From a virus (lineage: Duplodnaviria; Caudoviricetes): a stretch of DNA of 64,000 nt. Below, one piece after another: positions 48,250-58,060 of this stretch. The notes under the pieces were generated by a model. That model worked only from the letters and a program-made list of their open reading frames with translations, was not told the DNA's origin and did no database searches. The translations under genes and the position numbers were made by a program. The stretch spans positions 64,001 through 128,000 of the IMG/VR virus record IMGVR_UViG_3300031993_000006, one strand, 5' to 3'. The first letter of the stretch is position 1; every line of letters starts with the position of its first letter.

Positions 48250-49785
48250 ATGTCCGCCCAGGTCATATTGAAGAAATACACCGGGCTCGATGGCGAGTTC
48301 GGTACCGTAGTGAAGAGCCTTGGTATCAAGAGGGTGGATACCGCTGTACCTTCCGTCTATAGTTCCAATAATTTGGGTGGACGCCCGATACCTTCCGATG
48401 ATGCGAGCGAGGCGAAGTATTACTCCATCTACCGCCCGGATGAACCGGATTGCTGGAACTACTCGATGGAGTGCGTGTTCAAGGTGCACTTGATTAAGGC
48501 GCCCGATATCCAGCTCAGTAACCTATGCATCTATCCAATCGGGGAACCTCCGAAGGACCGTTCCAAGGCGCCGCGACTGATGGTCGGCAACTCGATTTCC
48601 TATTCTAAGCCGACGAACGCGAAGAGTCTGAAGGCTGTTCATGACATTTGGGATTACAGTAAGGAACACCCGTTCTATCTTACGGTCAATGGCCTCTATG
48701 GTCAGGTCGTGAATCCGGCCGAGGGAAAGACTGAGTACACCGTTGAGTACAAGGACTGCGGGTACGGTAATGTCGTCTATCTGGATGGAGAACGCCAGCC
48801 GTCCGTTCCTGTTGCAGTCAGGAGCGATGCTTCTGATATCACCATCCGGTTCAAGGACCGTACATTCGCCGCAAAGACGGACGACCCGAAGCGTCGCCTG
48901 CTTGATTTTGTCGACCCGATTACTGGTAAGCTGATTGACTCCAAGTATACCCGGGTGATTCGTCAGGCCGACGCGCACGGCGATGGCGGTGCGATTGAGT
49001 TGCTCGTGAAGACTTCCGAGTGGAACCTTATGGAGATATTCCCGGGTGGTCTAATCTACAAGATTCAGGCGGACCAGGAATATGACTACGAGGGAAGCGG
49101 CTATATGGTCTACTGGCTGAATCTCTATGGGCAGAAGGCCGGGTGGAACGCTGTGTGCGATACCACGATGGCGACTGATGTCAGCTATGTTCCGAACCGT
49201 TGGTTTAAGAGCGTATATGATGCGACCGATGGCACGGTAGCCGAAGTTCCGGCAAGCCGTCCGTTCGACAAGGCGGCCGTTTATTCGACCGTCGAGGTGA
49301 AGTGTGGCGAAGATGGGATGCCGTGCTTCTATATCAATGGCGTCCGGCGTCCGACCCTTATGTTCGACCTGAACAAGGTGTACCATTTCATTAACAAGGA
49401 TGGTGACCGCTATCCGTTGCGCTTCATTGGAAATCGGTATGCTCCGCTCGCTAACAATGTCGACGATGTTATCACGGATGGCGTCGTGGTGCTACACGGC
49501 GGGACTGCTCTCGAGGAAATCTTCGTGAACCCGGAACTCGTGCTTAAGTCGGGCCGGTGCATCGGTGCATATCAGTGTGTCTGCCATCCGGGTTTGGGCA
49601 ATGTCGTCTACGAGCACCCGTTGGATATGTGCGGTAACTACAATATGTGCCGTGTTGGTGGCGGTATTTATAATCCGTTGCTTGCCGGCGAGAGTGACTA
49701 TGTGTATTTGCAGATGCAGGTAAGTGGGCTTTGTGAGCCTGGTTCGGCGGCTCCGGCTTTTGAAATTGGATATGATGAGACATAA
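48250..49785 (+). CDS. Probable virion structural protein
   Basis: ATAAACT at 48216, AGGAGG RBS. YINGVRRPTL...YPLRF...YQCVCHPGLG resembles repeats in T4-like structural proteins. Confidence 0.6.
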   Translation: MSAQVILKKYTGLDGEFGTVVKSLGIKRVDTAVPSVYSSNNLGGRPIPSDDASEAKYYSIYRPDEPDCWNYSMECVFKVHLIKAPDIQLSNLCIYPIGEPPKDRSKAPRLMVGNSISYSKPTNAKSLKAVHDIWDYSKEHPFYLTVNGLYGQVVNPAEGKTEYTVEYKDCGYGNVVYLDGERQPSVPVAVRSDASDITIRFKDRTFAAKTDDPKRRLLDFVDPITGKLIDSKYTRVIRQADAHGDGGAIELLVKTSEWNLMEIFPGGLIYKIQADQEYDYEGSGYMVYWLNLYGQKAGWNAVCDTTMATDVSYVPNRWFKSVYDATDGTVAEVPASRPFDKAAVYSTVEVKCGEDGMPCFYINGVRRPTLMFDLNKVYHFINKDGDRYPLRFIGNRYAPLANNVDDVITDGVVVLHGGTALEEIFVNPELVLKSGRCIGAYQCVCHPGLGNVVYEHPLDMCGNYNMCRVGGGIYNPLLAGESDYVYLQMQVSGLCEPGSAAPAFEIGYDET

Positions 49786-49812
49786 TTTCCGAGAAAAAAC
49801 TCGGACGGCTAT

Positions 49813-51070
49813 GTGAACTACGCACAGCATGAAGGCTGCGCGCTTCGCGATAGCCCCGTAGGGGCGCCCGCGCCTTGGACCGCCGTTCCGGCGGCGAGAA
49901 TTCTTTTACCTTCGGCAAGAATGTTGATGGCGGCGTTGAAGTCCCTGTCGTGGGAAGTGCCGCATTGCGGGCACTTCCACTCCCGGACATTCAAGTCTTT
50001 AACAACTTCATTCCTGAAGCCGCAGTAGTGGCAGATTTGCGAGGAAGGGAACCATCGTCCGACACAGACGATGGTCCTTCCATACCATTCAGCCTTGTAT
50101 TTCAGCATATTCAGGAATATTCCCCATCCGGTGTCGTGCTCGGACTTGGCAAGGTCGCCTTCGGCGACCTGCCTTACATCCAGGTCTTCGACTGCAATCG
50201 TTTGGTTCTCGCGAATGAGTCGGGTTGATAGCTTGTGGAGGAAATCCTTGCGTTGGCTAGCAATGTGCTCGTGAAGGCGGGCGATGCGCTTGCGCAGCGC
50301 CTCGCGACGGGCAGACTTGCTCTTTTTCTTTGAAAACGCTTTCTGGAGGACCGCTAGGCGGTACTCGGCAAGTTTCATATAGCGCGGGTTGGCGACGGCC
50401 TCGCCGTCGCTCGTCACGCAGAAGTCCTTGAATCCGAGGTCGATACCTATGGCATAATCGGATTTTGGGAGCGCCTTCGGCGCTTCCTCCTCGACCAGTA
50501 TCGAGGCGTAGAACTTTCCGGAACGCGACCGGCTTACGGTCGCGTGCTTGATATCCTTCTCGCTCCAGTCGATATCCTTATAGTTCTTGAACTTGACGAA
50601 GCCGATTTTCGGCAGGCGCAGCCTGCCGTTCTCGATTCGGATATTTTCCTTTGTTCGATAAGTGGTATAGGAATCGCGGTCGTGATGTTTGGCTTTAAAC
50701 TTCGGAAGGCCGACACCATCGGCCTTCCTCTCGAAGAAGTTCTTGAACGCAGCGTTCAGGTTGAGGACTTCGCCCGTTAGGGCGTTGCTATCGACTTCCT
50801 TCAAGAACGGAAACTTGGCATAGTAGTCGGTAGGTTTCGTCCGGCACTGTGTGCCGGTAGCCTCATACGACTTCAAACGGGCGTCCAGCATGCAGTTGTA
50901 CACCTTGCGGCAGCAGCCGAAGGTCTTGCCTAGCAAGACCGCCTGCTGCCGGCTTGGATATAGCCGAATGTTGTATGCCCGTTGAAACATGTCTTAAATA
51001 TATACTATTCTAGCTGTTTATGGGAGTGGTTTTTTATCTAACTGCCTTAAGGCGATGAGAATTCTTGTGG
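49813..51070 (-). mobile_element. IS200/IS605-family tnpB-only element #2
   Basis: Right end GCGCAGC-CTTCAT-GCTGTGC-GTAGTTCAC, left-end hairpin near 51036-51060, no tnpA. Confidence 0.8.
49818..50990 (-). CDS. tnpB: TnpB RNA-guided nuclease (intact)
   Basis: [30 protein letters not shown] and CPQCG zinc finger, [10 protein letters not shown]. Confidence 0.95.
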   Translation of the reverse strand: MFQRAYNIRLYPSRQQAVLLGKTFGCCRKVYNCMLDARLKSYEATGTQCRTKPTDYYAKFPFLKEVDSNALTGEVLNLNAAFKNFFERKADGVGLPKFKAKHHDRDSYTTYRTKENIRIENGRLRLPKIGFVKFKNYKDIDWSEKDIKHATVSRSRSGKFYASILVEEEAPKALPKSDYAIGIDLGFKDFCVTSDGEAVANPRYMKLAEYRLAVLQKAFSKKKSKSARREALRKRIARLHEHIASQRKDFLHKLSTRLIRENQTIAVEDLDVRQVAEGDLAKSEHDTGWGIFLNMLKYKAEWYGRTIVCVGRWFPSSQICHYCGFRNEVVKDLNVREWKCPQCGTSHDRDFNAAINILAEGKRILAAGTAVQGAGAPTGLSRSAQPSCCA

Positions 51071-51102
51071 CTATTATATAAACTTGCTTTCAAATCACCC
51101 CG

Positions 51103-52833
51103 ATGGCGGGAATAAAAAAGGATGAATATACCATGGATGCGTCAGTAAAAGGGAATATGAGTGAATCTATTTTTGCTCTCGAAGATTCCAAGGACCTCTT
51201 TGAGGCCATCGGCGGCATGAACGATGACCAGAATTTTGGCAACAATGGCGGGCTTCCGCAACCGGACAATACGGAATATGGTGTCGATGACATGCTTACT
51301 GTTATTCCGGGAAGCACGGACCCGTATGCTGGACAGTCTGTTACGGCAAAGCAGGAACCGACCGCTGAACAGAAGCGTTTCGTTCTCGACAAGTTTGCCG
51401 AACAGATGGAAAAGAACCATTTGAACGAAGTCAACAAGGAAGCTATTGATACCTTGTCGCCTATCGTTCAGGATATGGCAGGCTCTTCTATCAATGTGAA
51501 CCAGTTCCTCAATGATTTGCAGGACCAGGCTTTCCAGCGCATTAGCGCACAGAATGTTTCTGAAGCTCAGCCGGGTGGCGCTGTTCCGGAAGACGACGGT
51601 TTGGCCGGTCAGGGCGATGTTGGCGCACAGCAGCCGGGTGCAATGGCTCCGGTGACTGACCCGACGGCTCTCGGTCCGGGCGCTCAGGAAGCTCCGGGTG
51701 GCATTCCGACGGAACCGTCCCTCGATGCCAATGTCGGTGACCCGAATGCTATGGGCGGGCCAGATGGTCTCGGTCTTGATGGCATTACGGATAATACTGA
51801 CCCTGCCGGTCTTGACAGCTTTGGCGCTGAACCGGGTGCTCCGGCAGGTGGTGACCTCGGTCTTGATGGCATTACGGATAATACTGACACTGCCGGTCTT
51901 GACGGCATTGGTGGTCAACCGGGCGCTCCGGCAGGTGGTGACCTCGGTCTTGATGGCATTACGGATAATACTGACACTGCCGGTCTTGACAGCATCGGTG
52001 GTGAACCGGGTGCCCCGGCAGGTGGAGACCTCGGTCTTGGAGGCCCCGGTGGTGGAAGCGCTCCTGCCGAAGGCGGCGATGTCGGTTCAGTTGAAGGTGG
52101 TGCAAGCGGCAAGGATGATGACATCCTCGGCGGCTCTAACCTCGACAAGATGAGTGATGACTCTTTTGGCGGCGATAGCGCAGATAAGAAGAGCGAAGAC
52201 AAGGGTCCGAGTACTTCCGAAGATGACGACGATGACGCCGCGTTCGAAGCTGAAATGGCTCAGAAGATGCCGATTCTTGAATCTCTCCGTGAAAAGTACA
52301 TGGACGATGTTGCTCAGGAACGCGCAAGCGCTGCTCTCTGTGAGTTCGTCCAGCGTCGGCAGATGGAGAAGAAGGCTAAGCTTGAAGCACAGTCAAAGGC
52401 TTTTGCTGCTGAACAGGTCAAGTTTGAAGCTGCTGCTGCTACGATGCGTAACGAACTTGGCAGCAAGGTTGGGAGTCTCATTGCTGAAGAGTCCAACAAG
52501 CGCGCCGAATCCATTTTGGAAAATGCTTCCCGTGCTTACGCAAATGCACAGAAGCGCAAGGCTGATGCCATGATGGTTCATCCGAAGCCGGTTCAGGTGG
52601 AAAGCGCAGCTATTCCTGATTCATTGAAGGCCCAGCTCGAATCCATCTCTAAGGATTACCACGCTACGGTCGCTCGCGAAAACAGCGCAAAGGCCGAAGC
52701 CGCCCGCGCAGCTGCTCCGGCTCCGAAGCTCGAATCTCAGCAGGTCGCCCCGAAGGCTGCTCCGAAAGCAATGACGGGCAAGCCGAAGACGATGCTTGAA
52801 TCCCAGCTCGCTGGAATCTTGGCCAGGCACTAA
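51103..52833 (+). CDS. Acidic repeat-rich protein, possible prohead core/scaffold
   Basis: TATAAACT at 51077. Many LES/FEA sites (ILES, QLES, KLES, MLES) and a coiled-coil C-terminus. Start could be 51133. Confidence 0.6.
   Translation: MAGIKKDEYTMDASVKGNMSESIFALEDSKDLFEAIGGMNDDQNFGNNGGLPQPDNTEYGVDDMLTVIPGSTDPYAGQSVTAKQEPTAEQKRFVLDKFAEQMEKNHLNEVNKEAIDTLSPIVQDMAGSSINVNQFLNDLQDQAFQRISAQNVSEAQPGGAVPEDDGLAGQGDVGAQQPGAMAPVTDPTALGPGAQEAPGGIPTEPSLDANVGDPNAMGGPDGLGLDGITDNTDPAGLDSFGAEPGAPAGGDLGLDGITDNTDTAGLDGIGGQPGAPAGGDLGLDGITDNTDTAGLDSIGGEPGAPAGGDLGLGGPGGGSAPAEGGDVGSVEGGASGKDDDILGGSNLDKMSDDSFGGDSADKKSEDKGPSTSEDDDDDAAFEAEMAQKMPILESLREKYMDDVAQERASAALCEFVQRRQMEKKAKLEAQSKAFAAEQVKFEAAAATMRNELGSKVGSLIAEESNKRAESILENASRAYANAQKRKADAMMVHPKPVQVESAAIPDSLKAQLESISKDYHATVARENSAKAEAARAAAPAPKLESQQVAPKAAPKAMTGKPKTMLESQLAGILARH
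51769..52038 (+). repeat. Three 87-bp coding tandem repeats (LGLDGITDNTDxAGLDxxGxxPGAPAGGD) plus a partial copy
   Basis: Units start at 51769, 51856 and 51943; partial copy at 52030. Confidence 0.9.
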
Positions 52834-52859
52834 TTAAGATTAACCTCCTATGTTGATAG

Positions 52860-52887
52860 AGGGAAGGTCGAAAGGCCTTCCCTTTTT
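52860..52887 (+). terminator. Rho-independent terminator
   Basis: AGGGAAGGTC-GAAA-GGCCTTCCCT-TTTT. Confidence 0.85.
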
Positions 52888-52953
52888 CGTCGGTAATATA
52901 GTTTCTGGAGGGAAAACTGAATATAAACTCTGAAATAATAAGGAAGTTTGGCT

Positions 52954-55152
52954 ATGGGACATTTCGATGGCAGGCTCAAGGAAGCCATAACAAATGCTGT
53001 AGAAAAGGTAAAGGATAAGGTGTTTTACGAATGCCTTAAGGCTCATGGCTTTTATGATGTCGCCGACCCGGACAACGGATTGAAGGACTGGGAAAGGGCG
53101 AGTGTTCCTGACTATAATCAGAGCCGTATGACGGCCCTTGCGGAAGCTATAGCTGATATGTTTGCCAACATATTGGGAAACGATGAATACGGCATCTTGA
53201 CCGTTGCGATGGAAGGTATCGTGAACAAGTTGGACCTCCGTTCTTCCATGACGGCATCCGAAATGGATGTGGTTGGCGGTGCTGTTGGCGGCTTGACATT
53301 TGGAGCAAGTGAGGGCGCCCGTCAGTCGATATCTTCTGCGGTCGCTGCCGCGATGGGTGGCAACAAGTTTGACCCCGATGTGATACCTCCGATTTCCTTT
53401 GGTCTTAGCGGGCTTCCGTTTTCTCTTTCCAATATCTACAAGCCCGGGATGCTTTCTCCGAATTATGACTTCCTCTATGAATGGGAACCCGAGAAGCACG
53501 ATGGATTCTATGCGGTCGGAAACGAGTTGTATCTCGGTCCGGGAATCCCAATAGCGCTCGGGGGGACCGCGAAGATTTTGATTTTGCGTTCCGTGTTTGG
53601 TGTGCCTAATGTCGACAAGAAATGTCAGCCTGAAGGAGATATTGAGGGTGGGCTTACGCTTGAGCAGTTCGGCATCATCCAGAAGGTGATGGATATGAAT
53701 GCTAGCGAAGCGCTGGAACTCGATGAGGTCAAGGAGTTCAAGCTGAACGACAAGCAGATGCGGGCTTCTTATTATAGATACATCCATTTTATCCTTTGGG
53801 GTCCGCTCAGCAACCAGAACAACTGGGGCTACTTGCACTGGGGCGCGATTGTGAACAATGCCTGTCCTGAACCGGTGAAGACGGCGGTCGCATCTTACTT
53901 GCGTACCGAGGGTCTTGCTATTGACCCGAACATCAATCCGGAAGCGTTCGCGATTTGCCACTGCTTGAATGCGGGTATGGCATATCATATCGGTCGGGAT
54001 ACCCCGGTGACACTTGTCGGTCTGGACGGGCAGAAAGTGACTGCGTACAACAAGACTGAACGGCAGACCATTCCGTGTGTGAAGGGTGTCGCCGAGCAGT
54101 ATCCGGGCGTAAAGAAAGATTCGAAACTCGCTAATCTCCATTTCACTCTTATCGCCGATATTTTAGCTCACCTTACAAAGGGTTCTTCTGAGAACGACGA
54201 AGCGTTGCGCAAGCGCAGGGTGGCCGAGGCGAATCTCATCTATAATTATGTCGGACTACCAACGATTACCTACGGCGACCCGGTAGGTAAGTACAAGACC
54301 GAGTTGCTTGGGCGGGCTGCCGCGAAGCGCGGATTGGTTAGCCTGATGACTTCTAGGCTCTATGCCTACAAGAACGAGGTGGCTAACTTGGTTTCTGGCG
54401 CTGACATCAGGATTATTTATCAGAACAAGGATATTGACCCGAATAAGAACATCCTGCAGGAACGCACTAAGGATGTGCTCAAGTATGCCGGCGCTCTTGC
54501 TGGCGTGAAGACGATGCCGATTTCTTCCCTTTACCGTCCGCCCGAGAAACAGGGCGCTACTATGGCGGAGAACTGGCATTCGGGCAACCGTATTCATTAC
54601 GGCCCGGCAGGAACTCAGGTCAACAGTGTCTATGTGGATGACGCCCGTAAGCACCCGGGTAGCAAGCCGGGGTTTGTATCGGACGAGAGATTCCGGGCAG
54701 AGACGAAGGCCGCGATGGTGAAAAAGTGCAATGAATTGTGCGCGGCAGGGCAGGTCGTTTCTCGACACTGCTGGGATTATACTAAGGTACAGGCCGTCGA
54801 TATTTCGTCAAAGCAACTGAAGGTCGAATTCAAGTATTCCGAGGATACCCTTATCCGTCTTGGACAGGTGTTTCTGATGTTGAAACAGCAGGGCGTTCTC
54901 AAGAACTATATAGCTCCGGATGGACTGGGTTCCCCGGGAGCAAAGACGGGCGAACCGGCGTTCCACATCGAGGTGTGGACATCGGGAAGCGGAGCCGCAA
55001 TCAATTTGCCTCTCGCCAAGGAAGACCCGGCGGCAATGTCACCTACTGATGCCGACCAGGTTGCAGATATGGCCAATCCCAATTTCATGAGTATCCCTGC
55101 TCTGGATGCGGTTTTCACGAAGGATAGTGTAGCAAGGGGAAGGGAAGGATAA
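52954..55152 (+). CDS. Probable virion-associated peptidoglycan hydrolase (lysozyme/pesticin-like region plus M15-like peptidase)
   Basis: PEPVKTAVASY and RKRRVAEANLI (lysozyme-like). SSLYRPPEKQ...SRHC...AVDI...FHIE gives the H-D-H zinc ligands of the M15/Hedgehog fold. TATAAACT at 52922. Confidence 0.6.
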   Translation: MGHFDGRLKEAITNAVEKVKDKVFYECLKAHGFYDVADPDNGLKDWERASVPDYNQSRMTALAEAIADMFANILGNDEYGILTVAMEGIVNKLDLRSSMTASEMDVVGGAVGGLTFGASEGARQSISSAVAAAMGGNKFDPDVIPPISFGLSGLPFSLSNIYKPGMLSPNYDFLYEWEPEKHDGFYAVGNELYLGPGIPIALGGTAKILILRSVFGVPNVDKKCQPEGDIEGGLTLEQFGIIQKVMDMNASEALELDEVKEFKLNDKQMRASYYRYIHFILWGPLSNQNNWGYLHWGAIVNNACPEPVKTAVASYLRTEGLAIDPNINPEAFAICHCLNAGMAYHIGRDTPVTLVGLDGQKVTAYNKTERQTIPCVKGVAEQYPGVKKDSKLANLHFTLIADILAHLTKGSSENDEALRKRRVAEANLIYNYVGLPTITYGDPVGKYKTELLGRAAAKRGLVSLMTSRLYAYKNEVANLVSGADIRIIYQNKDIDPNKNILQERTKDVLKYAGALAGVKTMPISSLYRPPEKQGATMAENWHSGNRIHYGPAGTQVNSVYVDDARKHPGSKPGFVSDERFRAETKAAMVKKCNELCAAGQVVSRHCWDYTKVQAVDISSKQLKVEFKYSEDTLIRLGQVFLMLKQQGVLKNYIAPDGLGSPGAKTGEPAFHIEVWTSGSGAAINLPLAKEDPAAMSPTDADQVADMANPNFMSIPALDAVFTKDSVARGREG

Positions 55153-55153
55153 T

Positions 55154-55891
55154 ATGGCTGAACTGTATCGCAAGAAAAAGGAACTTTTCGACAACATCGT
55201 GTATCAGGTACTCGTCAAGCGCCTTACCGAGCCGGTCCAGGAGACCGATGCGTTCGGTATGGGTCATGTCGACGAGGTTGGGAACGAGACCAATGACCAG
55301 GAGGATTGGTCTTATACCAAGCTGGATAAGCTCATTTTCGATATCCGTTCCCTTATTGGCAAGAATATCGGCTCCGTGGTTAAGGATTCGTTTGAAGGCG
55401 TCGACTTGATGAAGCTGATGAGTAAGCCGATTGTCAAGGATGAATACTTGAACAAGTTCGCGCCGGTTCTCAAGTTGGTTGAGGAAACCTCGTATCTTCC
55501 CGATGCATACCGCGGGCAGGTCGGCGGGCCGCAGAATGAAGTCGAAAGCGGTATGACGATGGAACAGCGAATTTCGTTCGCGCTTACCGTGGCGACTGCG
55601 ATAATGTCCAGTATGCTCAAGGACCGGATTGTTTCCGATAGCGAATTTGATGAAGAAGTTCTCTTGAAGACCGAGGGTACTTTCGGTGTGCGTTCCATCG
55701 GCGATTATAAGGAGGTAATCGGATACCTCCGTACGGCCGGCTTGTCCAACGGTAGGGAAATAACCAACGAGGGTTTGCGCTTGGCGGCCCGCTTGGCAAA
55801 GGTTTTCGTCGATAATGGGCTAGTCTCTAACCGAGGCGGTGGTATCAACAATCAGGGCGGAAGCTGGGTGGAGATATCGCATGTCGGTTAG
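55154..55891 (+). CDS. Hypothetical protein, resembling a conserved T4-like head-region protein
   Basis: LTEP..ETDAFGMGHVDEVG...YTKLDKLIFDIR; in the operon upstream of the portal. Confidence 0.65.
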   Translation: MAELYRKKKELFDNIVYQVLVKRLTEPVQETDAFGMGHVDEVGNETNDQEDWSYTKLDKLIFDIRSLIGKNIGSVVKDSFEGVDLMKLMSKPIVKDEYLNKFAPVLKLVEETSYLPDAYRGQVGGPQNEVESGMTMEQRISFALTVATAIMSSMLKDRIVSDSEFDEEVLLKTEGTFGVRSIGDYKEVIGYLRTAGLSNGREITNEGLRLAARLAKVFVDNGLVSNRGGGINNQGGSWVEISHVG

Positions 55892-56087
55892 AAGTTACAA
55901 TGGACAGCCGTTGTTTACGGTCGGGTTTGGCGATTTCGCTTCGGTAAGCGAGAGTGGGCTATTGAACAAACGCCTTCTTTCTCGAAATATCGAAAACCCT
56001 GAATTGAAGAAGTATTTCATAAACTCTCGGAAGCCATCGTTCGCCGTGGTATACGATGATGTAATAGTTTCTTATGGCGGAAGGTAA
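55881..56087 (+). CDS. Small hypothetical protein (68 aa)
   Basis: GGAG RBS before ATG 55881; fills the gap to the portal. Confidence 0.6.
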   Translation: MSVRSYNGQPLFTVGFGDFASVSESGLLNKRLLSRNIENPELKKYFINSRKPSFAVVYDDVIVSYGGR

Positions 56088-56098
56088 GGTAGAGCATT

Positions 56099-57811
56099 AT
56101 GTTATGGCGACAGAACAAACACCCTGACACTGTAGGCGGACGGATTTTGACCCATCCGCGTAAGTATGGGATGGGCAATCCGAAGGGTGAATACTTTGAC
56201 CGTGCCTTTAACAGGCAGGAAACCGAGCGTCAGGTAGAGCTCGCGAGGAACTTGGTCGGGCAGGGCGTGAACCAGATGATGTTCCCCAACGGGATTTCCC
56301 CGGACGGGTACAGTTCGTTCACTCCGCTCGTAGGCATTTCGGACCGGAACTATGACCCGGATGCCGTGCATAATGCTATTGCAGAGAACCAGGCGAATCT
56401 TTACTGGAAGAAGAATGTCGAGCGCGCGCTGAAGTACAATACGGTCGCCGGGCGTTCCGAGGTGAACGAGAGCCTTATCCAGATTTGTAACGAGGCTGTG
56501 TACGAGGACGAGAACGACGAGATTTGCACACTGCAGATTTCAAAGGACGCCGATATTGGCGAGGCCACTCAGACTCGTATGCACCGTATGTTCCGCCGGA
56601 CTGTCTTGACGGAGTTTCTCAATTTCTATGACGACGGCGACAAGTATATGCACTACCTGTTGGTGCATGGCCGTATCTTCTTTGAAGTTTCCTATGACGA
56701 GAATACGGGCAGCATCAAGGGTGTCCAGATGTTGCCCGAAGAGAATATGATTGTGGTCGTGCAGGATAACCTCATTATCGGTTACCGGCAGATGCTTACG
56801 GGTGCTATCAGTATGCACACGGGCGGCAAGAACTATATCGATTACTCGCCGAATCAGATACTTTATTCTTCCCTTGGTATGAACGGTCCGGGTGGTATCA
56901 ACGACCCGCGTAGTATCCTAGAACCTGCGATTAAGCCGTATAACCAGTTGAACACTATTGAAGACAGCGTGGTTATGTACCGAATCCTCTGGGGTTCGGA
57001 GAAACTTGTCCTCAAGGTCGATACTTCCGGTATGCCCAAGGACAAGGCCGAGAAGTTCATGAAGGACCAGGCAAAGGTGTTCAGCCGCAAGATTGACTAT
57101 AACTCTATGACGGGCGAGGTGACGAACTTCGGCAAGGTTATCGGGTTGTCGGAACACTTCATCATCGGTCTTTCTCAGGGTCGTACGGGTTCATCTCTCG
57201 AAAGGATGGCCGGTGGCGACCAGCTTGGGAACATCGATGACCTCAAGTTCTTCAAGAGGAATCTTGTAAACTCCCTTATGGTGCCGCCGGGAAGAATTAC
57301 TTGCCTTGCTGGCGACAGCCAGACTTACTCTCAGGGTAAGATTGGCGAGGTTACCGTGGCGGAAATCTCGTTCGCACGATTGATTCAGAAGTATCAGCGC
57401 CCGATGCGCGCTATCTTGCTCAAGCTGTTCTTGATGGTTCTCGATACGGACCGGAAGATTGCCGACAGGTACAAGTTGCCAATCAATTTCCGCATCAAGT
57501 TCAAGCGAGCAAACGGCTTCAACGACTTCATTGGTGCCGAAGTGTGGAATACCCGTCTCGGTATCTTCACGCAGATGATGCAGCACACGAGGTCCAAGGA
57601 GAATCCGAACGGTGTGCTCGCCAAGGAATTTGCTCTCCGTCGTGGGCTTGGCCTCAACGATGCCGACTACTTGGAGAACAAGGAATATCTCCGCCGTGAA
57701 AAGGCCGAGGAGATGGGCGAAGGCAACGAAGGCGGCGAAGGTGGCGGCGATGCCGTTGCCGGTGGTGGCGGCATGGGCGGCGGCATGGGCGGTGGATTCC
57801 CTCCGATGTAA
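56099..57811 (+). CDS. Portal protein (T4 gp20-like)
   Basis: SILEPAIKPYNQLNTIEDSVVMYRI, VDTSGMPKDKAEKFM, GGDQLGNIDDLKFF, LMVPPGR, EISFARLI. Confidence 0.95.
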   Translation: MLWRQNKHPDTVGGRILTHPRKYGMGNPKGEYFDRAFNRQETERQVELARNLVGQGVNQMMFPNGISPDGYSSFTPLVGISDRNYDPDAVHNAIAENQANLYWKKNVERALKYNTVAGRSEVNESLIQICNEAVYEDENDEICTLQISKDADIGEATQTRMHRMFRRTVLTEFLNFYDDGDKYMHYLLVHGRIFFEVSYDENTGSIKGVQMLPEENMIVVVQDNLIIGYRQMLTGAISMHTGGKNYIDYSPNQILYSSLGMNGPGGINDPRSILEPAIKPYNQLNTIEDSVVMYRILWGSEKLVLKVDTSGMPKDKAEKFMKDQAKVFSRKIDYNSMTGEVTNFGKVIGLSEHFIIGLSQGRTGSSLERMAGGDQLGNIDDLKFFKRNLVNSLMVPPGRITCLAGDSQTYSQGKIGEVTVAEISFARLIQKYQRPMRAILLKLFLMVLDTDRKIADRYKLPINFRIKFKRANGFNDFIGAEVWNTRLGIFTQMMQHTRSKENPNGVLAKEFALRRGLGLNDADYLENKEYLRREKAEEMGEGNEGGEGGGDAVAGGGGMGGGMGGGFPPM

Positions 57812-57826
57812 CCGACTGGAAATATT

Positions 57827-57855
57827 GAAGGCTCCCGGGTTCGGGAGCCTTTCTT
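57827..57855 (+). terminator. Terminator after the portal gene
   Basis: AAGGCTCCCG-GGTT-CGGGAGCCTT-TCTT. Confidence 0.75.
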
Positions 57856-58060
57856 GTACGGAAAATGGGCTGAAATCACCGTGAATGTTGTTGATTTTGG
57901 GTTAAAATCAATTTCAATGCACGTTTTTGCGTTTTTTAAAAACAGCTTTTCAACAGTCTATAAACAATATGTCAGAAGTCTAAGAGAGTTTGAGTCTCTC
58001 CCTGGCGGTAGGGTTACCGTACAGGTCAGACGGTAAACCCTATTTCAAAGGAATAAGAAA

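Noticed and set aside
51769-52038. Regularly spaced repeats as a CRISPR array
   Set aside because: They are in-frame 87-bp coding tandem repeats with no unique spacers and no cas genes.
57755-57811. GGM tail suggesting GroEL
   Set aside because: It is the low-complexity C-terminus of the portal protein.
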